Part shown: in pieces, positions 1-7,232 of the stretch
Layout of the letters: each line of letters opens with the position of its first letter
How positions within the stretch are numbered: the stretch's first letter is position 1
Source: Octopus sinensis
Lineage: Eukaryota
Direction of reading: 5' to 3'
Assembly: GCF_006345805.1 (NCBI RefSeq)
Contig: NW_021828711.1
Location: 1 to 7,872, forward strand
DNA: 7,872 nt
Position numbers and translations under genes: made by a program
Notes under the pieces: model-generated
Told to the model about the DNA's origin: nothing
Seen by the model: only the letters and a program-made list of their open reading frames with translations
The model's database searches: none

Positions 1-201
1 AACTTCACAATAGCACGTTTGTTCGGTCTTCATTACCATTTGCAATACATCAAATCAAAAACTGTGCTTTAATGCACGCACGTTTGCGCTCCATCTTTCG
101 TTTTCACACACATGTACAATCACAAACACGCACGCGCGTATATATACACGTACTCAATATGAATAGATATTTACATTCATGAACATGCTTGTACACGCGC
201 G

Positions 202-333
202 TATATATACATATATATATATACATATATATACATATATATATAATATACATATATATATATATATGTATATATATATATGTATATGTATATATATATA
301 CATGTATATGTATATTTATATATATATATATAT
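202..333. repeat. Compound (TA)n/(TACA)/(TATG) microsatellite
   Basis: Directly visible. Confidence 0.95.
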
Positions 334-472
334 GTAAATTAGTATGTGTAGATAGAGATGCTTGAACATGCGCGCCAGCACACATGTTCACATTCATTGC
401 GTACAATGATATATTTCTGTATGTGTGTGTATGTGTACGAATGCATATAAGCATCTACGTATGTGTATGAGA

Positions 473-546
473 GCGTGTGTGTGTGTGCATATATACATGC
501 GCGCGCGTGCATACACATACGCATGCACGCACACACACGCACGTAT
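473..546. repeat. Uninterrupted alternating purine-pyrimidine tract (GT/AT/GC/AC)
   Basis: 74 nt of strict RY alternation, including gcgcgcgc. Confidence 0.9.
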
Positions 547-695
547 CTCCCTGTATTTAAATCCGTTTTGAGCTGACGATTTTCCTCCGTACGCATTCCT
601 ATAAATATTCACGTCATGTCCACAACTAAAAATTGATTTTATTTCTTGCATGACAATGTTTGAATGTATGTAGATGTGTCTGCCTTTCTCTCTTG

Positions 696-706
696 TATAC
701 ATATAC

Positions 707-790
<84 letters not shown>

Positions 791-862
791 TATATATACA
801 TATATATATACAAACACCCACCACACAATATATATATATATATATACATATATACATATATT
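696..862. repeat. Imperfect (TA)n microsatellite
   Basis: Directly visible, with a short CA-rich interruption at ~811-828. Confidence 0.95.
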
Positions 863-874
863 ATATTTACGCAT

Positions 875-1057
875 TGTAGCCAGTTAATCGTTGACGATTT
901 CTTTCCTCCATCTTCCTTTTCTCTTGGACTTTCCTCTGTCTCCTGTTTCTAAAGAAGAGCTCTGCTGGAAACGTAAAACCACGTTTCATTCCTTCTCTGA
1001 GCGTTAGCTAATACTTTGCATGTACCATGTCTTCGCGTTTTTCTATTTTCTCTTGTG
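875..1057 (+). mobile_element. Hammerhead-bearing interspersed repeat, subfamily X copy 1 (probable Penelope-like element pLTR remnant)
   Basis: Aligns by eye with 4298-4490 (shared cttccttttctcttggactttcctct, gagcgt..gctaatactttgcatgtacca). Contains a minimal hammerhead-like motif at 945-979. The Penelope assignment is inferred from the known association of minimal hammerheads with PLEs; no RT or GIY-YIG ORF is visible. Confidence 0.65.
945..979 (+). ncRNA. Degenerate minimal (type I, dimer-type) hammerhead ribozyme motif
   Basis: gttt-CTAAAGA-a-gagc-tct-gctg-GAAACGT-A-aaac. Stem I GUUU/AAAC, stem II GAGC/GCUG (closing pair broken), palindromic ACGU in place of stem III. Core G5 is changed to A. 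Confidence 0.6.
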
Positions 1058-1179
1058 CTTGTCTTTTTGTTTGTGGGGGGGGTTGTTATATATATAACTG
1101 CACACACATCTGCGATGTTTTTATCAGTTCTGCTGGTTGGGGGGGTCTACCCAAAATTTCGTCTATATCGACATATTTT

Positions 1180-1281
1180 CGCCATCTTGGAAACGTCTGA
1201 ATCAATCGTGCACGCAGCAAACAGCGGAAGTGAGCTAGATAGTTAAAACTTAGTGTGCATGTAGAGCAGAGGTCAAGGTCA
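1180..1281. promoter_or_regulatory. Candidate promoter motif cluster: YY1 site, ETS site, nuclear-receptor DR0
   Basis: cgccatctt at 1180-1188 (AAGATGGCG on -), cggaagtg at 1225-1232 and aggtcaaggtca at 1270-1281, all in non-repetitive sequence with retained CpGs. Motif matches only. Confidence 0.3.
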
Positions 1282-1357
1282 ATTTGTGCCGTGCGGCTTT
1301 ACTCTGCGTGCTTTAGCTTCATCACTATGGCAACACGACGGATGGATAATTATTGAT

Positions 1358-1453
1358 CAGCATGTGTATTAGTTCGACGCTAGTGAAAATGAAAAACTCA
1401 TTTACGTTTCGAACCTACGCTCTTCGCCAGAAAGGAATAAAAGGAAGTAAACA
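1358..1453 (-). mobile_element. Hammerhead-bearing repeat, subfamily Y, minus-strand copy (left arm of inverted repeat)
   Basis: The reverse complement aligns with 1483-1578 (tttct..cgaagag.gtaggttcgaaacgtaaa...tttttcattttc...gtc.aactaa.ac...tgctg). Confidence 0.7.
1401..1433 (-). ncRNA. Degenerate minimal hammerhead ribozyme motif
   Basis: Minus strand: ttt-CTGGCGA-a-gagc-gtag-gttc-GAAACGT-A-aa. Stem II GAGC/GUUC, ACGU palindrome, short stem I. Core A6 is changed to G. Confidence 0.62.
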
Positions 1454-1482
1454 GAGGGAGATGAAAGAAACTTGTAGATTTA

Positions 1483-1622
1483 TCTTTATTTTCTTTTGAT
1501 CTTTTCTAACGAAGAGTGTAGGTTCGAAACGTAAAAAACTTTTTCATTTTCCCGAGAGTCAAACTAAAACGCTTGCTGTTCATACACCTCTCTTCGTCTT
1601 TTGTTTTTCTATAAATTTCAAC
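1483..1622 (+). mobile_element. Hammerhead-bearing repeat, subfamily Y, plus-strand copy (right arm of inverted repeat)
   Basis: Inverted homologue of 1358-1453. The segment 3' of the hammerhead (tttcattttcccgagagtcaaactaaaacgcttgc) is also homologous to subfamily X (tttcattccttctctgagcgttagctaatactttgc). The right boundary is approximate, running into (TA)n at ~1623. Confidence 0.7.
1502..1537 (+). ncRNA. Degenerate minimal hammerhead ribozyme motif
   Basis: tttt-CTAACGA-a-gagt-gtag-gttc-GAAACGT-A-aaaa. Stem I UUUU/AAAA, stem II with two G-U pairs, ACGU palindrome. Core G5 is changed to A. Confidence 0.62.
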
Positions 1623-2898
1623 TATATATGTATATATGAATATCGATATCAGAAGGATTAAATGTCCTGGGCAATAGGCTCATAAAACGGGCTTCTTGGA
1701 TTCTGCACCGTAGAGAAATCTTGTCATTGAGGGGCCGTCAGTCCCTTGCATGCTTATTAATATATACATATACACACACGTCCAACCGTCCGAGTTCTTT
1801 TACACGGCTTAGAAAAAACCCGAATGGCCACTGCAATAAGTGTGTGAATTTGAGGAGGGAAGAGGTCGAAAAGAATTATAATTAACTGATCATTCAGTAT
1901 TTCTTTTTACTGAAAGCCTGGAATTTTTTCAACTCTCCGTGTGTGTGTGTGTATGTGTGTATTTATATATTTGTATGTATATGCATATATATGTCTGCCT
2001 GTGTGTGTGTTTATAAATCTTTTGCTTAATACTATGATGTTTTTATATATTACTTGACATAAAATCAAATATGTATACACGTAAACGCACACCCCATATA
2101 TTCATGTATACACACTCATATAATGTTACCCATCAGTACAATGATTTATAGTTGCCTTAATTCGTTTCTTAATCATTATTTCTCTTTAACACTGTTGTAT
2201 TTTCATATCTAACACAAATCTCCGATGTTCAAGTAATGTTCGACGTCGACGTCTGTTGTAGCAGGCAACCAAAGTCAGTTTTTTTAAAATATAAATCCAG
2301 CGAAAATTCAATATTTTAACAAACGAAATAAAATTATTGTTCGTCTTTAATCAAGTTGGTAAAAATTAAAAATCACTTTGTGACCTAAAACGAACTTGAA
2401 TTTTTTGATCGACAGTTTTCTTTAGTCGCCACCATATAATTCGTGATTTTCTACATGATTTCACTGTGAATGTTTGATGTAAAATAATATAAGGTTTGTT
2501 ATAATCATATATTTAAGTTTTCTAATATAATTCCAATAAAGATATCAATCAATTCTACAACTATTCATTGAGTAAAACGACTTTAAGTAGATATTTTAAA
2601 TATAATTATAAATAATGTCGCAATTACGTTGTTAAAACACATAATTATTTAATCCATTTTGAGACTCGTTGTTTATAGAAGTGTATTTTTGAAAATTTTA
2701 TTTGGCTGCAGAGGAGGTGAAGTCCTCCATAATATCAAGCTATTTAATTTACAAGGAACTACAACTGTAACATCAGGAATAACAACAAAAATCGACCAGC
2801 CAATAACAGAACATTTATATGAAAGAGGTAGCTCGCCCACCGGCTGTTGGCAAATTTTCCACTTCCTTTGTAACACATAAAAGGATAATATAGTTAAA

Positions 2899-3128
2899 AG
2901 GCGGCGAGCTGGCAGAATCGTTAGCACGCCGGGCGAAATGCGTAGCCGTATTTAGTCTGCCGTTACGTTCTGAGTTCAAATTCAGCCGATGTCGACTTTG
3001 ACTTTCATCCTTTCGGGGTCGACAAATTAAGTACCAGTTACGCACTGGGGTCGAAGTAATCGACTTAATCTTTGTCTGTCCTTGTTTGTCCCCTCTATGT
3101 TTAGCCCCTTGTGGGTAATAAAGAAACA
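2899..3128 (+). mobile_element. tRNA-derived SINE, near full length (Deu/Nin-type central domain by recollection)
   Basis: Pol III A box tggcagaatcg (2910-2920) and B box gagttcaaattc (2972-2983). Central gtcgactttg.ctttcatcctttcggggtcga.aaattaagtaccag segment and A-rich end aataaagaaa. Possible decayed TSD at 2884-2898 / 3129-3145. Confidence 0.9.
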
Positions 3129-3624
3129 GATAATGGATTGTTAAACTTAGGCCAGTTAAATTATGTTTATAATTGCTATTTCTGTAGGTAGCATAGTGCA
3201 GAGATGATCAAACAGCACACGATAAATGCGGGGTTCAATCCATCCCTCGTGTTGTGGGAAGAGTTTTTTTCTTTTTCGTCTGATATTGGCCGTAAAAGTA
3301 AAAATATCAGTTTGACGTTCGTTGACAAGGAAGTAGAAGATTCCTTCGTGTTCCGAGATTAACTGCTCGCTCACGACTTCAGAAAGATACATTAGAAGAC
3401 ATAAAACGTATAAGATAAGGCAAAGAAAAGACAGGAGTTACGAAGAAACATATGTTTTGGGTTCTATCATACCATAAAGGAAATGTCGAAGGTCGAGTGA
3501 CTAGAAGGGACTTAGAAAGGAAGAGACATCATACGTATTGCAAAAGCAGAGTAGGAAACTCGGCGTAACTTATGTATGATGTGCGCGTATGTTAGGGGCT
3601 TCTTCGTGTATTATTCGGACGTAA

Positions 3625-3725
3625 ACGTGTGTGTGGTGTGGTGCTTGTATGTGTGTGTATATTTGTGTGTTTATTTGTTTACGTGTGTGTGTGAGAGAGA
3701 GGGAAAGTGAGTGAGAAAGAGTTAG
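3625..3725. repeat. (GT)n followed by (GA)n low-complexity tract
   Basis: Directly visible. Confidence 0.85.
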
Positions 3726-3807
3726 AGAGGGTGAGAAAATGCAAATTATATGGACCATTTTGCATGTACGCTGTGTCTTATTCTAAAATACGTGAGTATA
3801 AAATAAC

Positions 3808-3891
3808 TGTATATGTATGCATATATATGCATATATATATATATATATATAATATATATATAATATATTATATTATATATATATATATATG

Positions 3892-3925
<34 letters not shown>
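3808..3925. repeat. (TA)n microsatellite abutting the tail of SINE copy A
   Basis: Directly visible. Confidence 0.95.
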
Positions 3926-3926
<1 letters not shown>

Positions 3927-4050
3927 CTCTTTTACTCTTTTACTTGTTTCAGTCATTTGACTGCGGCCATGCTGGAGCACTGCTAAGTGACGCGGACGTA
4001 AACACACCAGGATCGGTTGTCAAGCAATGCTAGGGGGACAAACACACACA

Positions 4051-4100
<50 letters not shown>

Positions 4101-4261
4101 CATATATACGACGGGCTTCTTTCAGTTTCCGTCTAGCAAATCCACTCACAAGGCATTGGTCGGCCCGGGGCTATAGCAGAAGACACTTGCTCGAGATGCG
4201 ACGCGGTGGGACTGAACCCGGAACCATATGGTTGGTTAGCAAGCTACTTACCACACAGCCA
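3926..4261 (-). mobile_element. tRNA-derived SINE family B, copy A, with internal (CA)n(TA)n and an internal 82-nt deletion
   Basis: On -: A box TGGCTGTGTGG (4261-4251), B box GGTTCAGTCCC (4218-4208), 3' stem-loop cagtc/gactg (3950-3963) and (AAAAGAGT)-type tandem tail. Collinear with 6016-6479 apart from the missing 6077-6158 equivalent. Confidence 0.92.
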
Positions 4262-4297
4262 TTATATATATATGCATATATATAATTTTTCTCCAAA

Positions 4298-4490
4298 TGT
4301 AACCGTGAATCGTGAACTGTTGCCGATTTCTCTCCCTCCCACTTCCTTTTCTCTTGGACTTTCCTCTCTCCCCTGTATTTGAAGGAGAGCTTTGCCCGAA
4401 ACGTTAAACCGTCTTTCTTTCCTTCCCTGAGCGTCTGCTAATACTTTGCATGTACCACATCCTCGTGTTGCCGTTTTCTTTGTTCTTGTG
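4298..4490 (+). mobile_element. Hammerhead-bearing interspersed repeat, subfamily X copy 2 (probable Penelope-like pLTR remnant)
   Basis: Homologous to 875-1057 over about 190 nt. Hammerhead-like motif at 4375-4409. Confidence 0.65.
4375..4409 (+). ncRNA. Degenerate minimal hammerhead ribozyme motif
   Basis: gtat-TTGAAGG-a-gagc-ttt-gccc-GAAACGT-T-aaac. Positionally homologous to 945-979. C3 is changed to U, A9 to G, with one mismatch in each stem. Confidence 0.5.
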
Positions 4491-4544
4491 AGCACTGCCT
4501 TTAGTCCAGCAAAACGGCCCCAGGATTTATACTTTGTAAGCCTA
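4490..4544 (-). mobile_element. Internal fragment of SINE family B
   Basis: gagcactgcctttagtccagcaaaacggccccaggatttatactttgtaagcct aligns with 6071-6128 (gagcaccacctttaatcgagcaactcgaccccggggacttattctttttgtaagccct). Confidence 0.8.
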
Positions 4545-4551
4545 CATGAGA

Positions 4552-4720
4552 GGGTGCATGGCTTGGTGGTTATGATGTTGCGCTCAGGACACCCACGTGG
4601 ACGTTGCGTTGCGTTCTTGCGCAAAGGAATTCATTTCACGTTGCTCTGCGATCGTTTCGTCATCTTACATGGGGTACAGGGTGCCCCTGGACAGGTGATA
4701 CCGATTTGGAGGGGAGTGTT
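4552..4720 (+). mobile_element. Decayed tRNA-derived SINE (third family; CORE/Meta-like central motif)
   Basis: A-box-like tggcttggtgg (4559-4569) after gggtgca, no clear B box, then gcgttgcgttcttgcgcaaaggaattcatttcacgttgctc, resembling the tgtgttcttgagcaa..cactt central SINE motif. The 3' boundary is approximate. Confidence 0.6.
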
Positions 4721-5098
4721 GCCAGAAGTCAGAATCAAATCTATATCAAATCTAACTGACTCTGTATATGTGCATTACACACGCAAACACAAACACACTC
4801 ACACACACGTACGCACACATATCACCGGCGCAATTAGAAATCGTAACCCAACATGTTAGAATTCTTCACTAGTAGCCTATAAGATTCATGTTATAATGAT
4901 CCATTATAACATGATGAATATCTCTGACATTTTAATACAGCATTATGAAGCTGATATTGGCTAGTTATATATTTCTTTCGTTTACCAGACGAATAATCCC
5001 AATATCTACTCTATTCGATCCGTCTATAACTGAAGAGAAACAAATATATAAACACATATATACAATGTACAAGTGTATACACAAAGAAAAGTTGTGTA

Positions 5099-5100
<2 letters not shown>

Positions 5101-5163
<63 letters not shown>

Positions 5164-5200
5164 GTGTGTGTGTGTGTGTGTGTGTGTGGGTGTGGTGTGT
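5101..5200. repeat. (TA)n-(TG)n compound microsatellite
   Basis: Directly visible. Confidence 0.95.
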
Positions 5201-5424
5201 GTAATTATATATATTTATATACATGTATAAGTGCAATACACAAACACACGTATGTGTGTCTGATTATATTCATATATACATCTATATTTTGTATGTGTCT
5301 TTCGAAATATGTTATTTGTGACAATATTAATCTACTAATTATTATGTAAATCCTGATGGATGGTTTCTTTCTTAACCTGTAAAGGTAATGCTGACCTCAA
5401 CAATTTTCACATTCCAAACTTTAC

Positions 5425-5469
5425 TTATATATATATATATATATACACATACATACAACGATATATATA

Positions 5470-5551
<82 letters not shown>

Positions 5552-5592
5552 TATATGATGTATGTATGTATGTTATATACATACATATATAT
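5425..5592. repeat. (TA)n/(TACA)/(TATG) microsatellite
   Basis: Directly visible. Confidence 0.95.
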
Positions 5593-5646
5593 GAAATTGG
5601 ATATAAGTCTCTCCACGCGAAGGAAACGGACGCCAAAAGACGTTAA

Positions 5647-5900
5647 GACGTAAACAGGCCACCATCGGTTGTCAAGCGACGGCGGCACGGACACAGACAC
5701 ACAAACATATACACACACATACATATATACATATACATATATACGTCGGGCTTCTTTCAGTTTCCGTCTGCCAAATCCACTATTAAGACATTGGTCGGCC
5801 GGAGGCTATAGTTGAAGACACTTTCCCAAGTTGCCACGCAGTGGGAATGAACCCGTAACCATTTGTTGTAAACAAGCTACTTACCACACAGCCACTCCTG
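5647..5900 (-). mobile_element. SINE family B, copy C (intact 5' head, 3' part missing; different subfamily)
   Basis: On -: starts caggagtggctgtgtggtaag, A box 5894-5884, B-box-like GGTTCATTCCC 5853-5843, internal CA/TA tract. Homology ends at gacgtaaac (5647-5655). Confidence 0.9.
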
Positions 5901-5905
5901 CTACT

Positions 5906-5918
5906 ATCTCTCTCTCTC

Positions 5919-6012
<94 letters not shown>
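5906..6012. repeat. (CT)n-(TA)n microsatellite between SINE copies C and B
   Basis: Directly visible. Confidence 0.95.
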
Positions 6013-6015
6013 CAT

Positions 6016-6231
6016 CTCTTTTACTCTTTTACTCTTTACTTGTTTCAGTCATTTGACTGCGGCCCTGCTGGAGCACCACCTTTAATCGAGCAACTCGACC
6101 CCGGGGACTTATTCTTTTTGTAAGCCCTTACTTATTCTATCGGTCTCTTTTGCCGAACTGCTAAGTAACGGGGACATAACACACCAGCATCGGTTGTCAA
6201 GCAATGCTAGGGGGACAAACACAGATGCACA

Positions 6232-6264
<33 letters not shown>

Positions 6265-6278
6265 CACACACACACATA

Positions 6279-6334
<56 letters not shown>

Positions 6335-6479
6335 ACAGGCTTCTTTCAGTTTCCGTCTACCCAATCCACTCACAAGGCATTGGTCGGCCCGGGGCTATAG
6401 CAGAAGACAGTTGCCCAAGATGCCATGCAGTGGGACTGAACCCGGAACCATGTGGTTGGTTAGCAAGCTACTTACCACA
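6016..6479 (-). mobile_element. SINE family B, copy B (complete 3' end, 5' end clipped in the A box)
   Basis: Tandem ttactct tail (6016-6040), 3' stem-loop (6046-6059), internal (CA)n(TA)n at ~6231-6331, B box at 6442-6432. Homology stops at cttaccaca, about 12 nt short of the head seen in copy C. Confidence 0.93.
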
Positions 6480-6949
6480 GATGATATTTAAATATCTAAA
6501 CGCAAGTGTTTCCAGCTTTAAAGCGAATAAATTATACATGGTGAAAATTAACATTTGTGACATTTAGACAATTATTTCGAATAGAATTTCAATTCGTTTC
6601 GCTTGGAATCGTAGTAGAACTAAAACTACTCCGGTGTATTATTAATAGACCATTATTAATAGACATATGATAAAGAATCTTTTAAATACGTTTCTATATA
6701 TTTTTTTATATGTTGCCTGAAAACTGCGATAAAATATTTCCCATTAAAGAGGAAACGAAAGAATTGAAAGTTTGTCAGAAAAACGTTTAAATTCAGCAGA
6801 TGTCGATTAAAACATTTAATATTCGGAATGGCAGATGTTATCGTCCATAGGTGATATCTGTTATTACATAGAACCGACTGTTACATGGCAGTTATTGTTA
6901 TCGGTATCCAACTTGAGCAATCACACACATCTAAAATTATGGACAGAGT

Positions 6950-7232
6950 CATATATATATGTTTGTCCGTACGTGTGTGTGTGTTTGCGTATATGCTGGT
7001 ATTTGCGTGTCTATTACATACACACGTACATATATACGTACATACATACATATGTATATAAATATTATGTAATATAGATGCACACTCACACACAAACCTC
7101 TACATACACACGTCCACACACGCGATTTCTCTCTGTCTCAGCCTCTCTCTCTCTTTATTTATTTATATATATATATATATAATATATATATATATATATA
7201 GATATATATATATATATATATTATACAGATAT
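6950..7232. repeat. Mixed GT/CA/CT/TA microsatellite region
   Basis: Directly visible. Confidence 0.9.

Noticed and set aside
131-211. 18-bp direct repeat cacgcgcgtatatataca (131-148, 194-211)
   Set aside because: Composed of low-complexity RY dinucleotides; likely slippage.
104-874. Minus-strand ORFs of 72-151 aa
   Set aside because: Translations are dominated by YI/HT/CV dipeptide runs from microsatellites. Only the 543-625 island is kept, as a speculative exon.
1075-1145. G8 and G7 runs as a G-quadruplex
   Set aside because: Only two runs, about 55 nt apart; not a standard four-tract motif.
2659-2927. Overlapping ORFs on both strands and a CCAAT-like box
   Set aside because: No recognisable protein motif and weak splice signals; the ends run into the SINE.
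2899-2990. tRNA gene
   Set aside because: A and B boxes are present but no cloverleaf; this is the tRNA-derived head of a SINE.
3156-3392. ORF of 78 aa (-), and plus-frame SLTFVDKEVEDSF faintly like adenylyl cyclase
   Set aside because: The similarity is too short, an in-frame stop follows without a usable donor, and all three frames after the strong acceptor at ~3187 close quickly.
1016-4859. ORFs 1016-1246 and 4446-4859, both starting MHVP
   Set aside because: The shared start simply reflects the two subfamily X repeat copies; the rest runs through unrelated repeats, with no recognisable domain.
5029-5041. ctgaagagaaac as a fifth hammerhead
   Set aside because: There is no stem II or stem I pairing and no ACGU-H.
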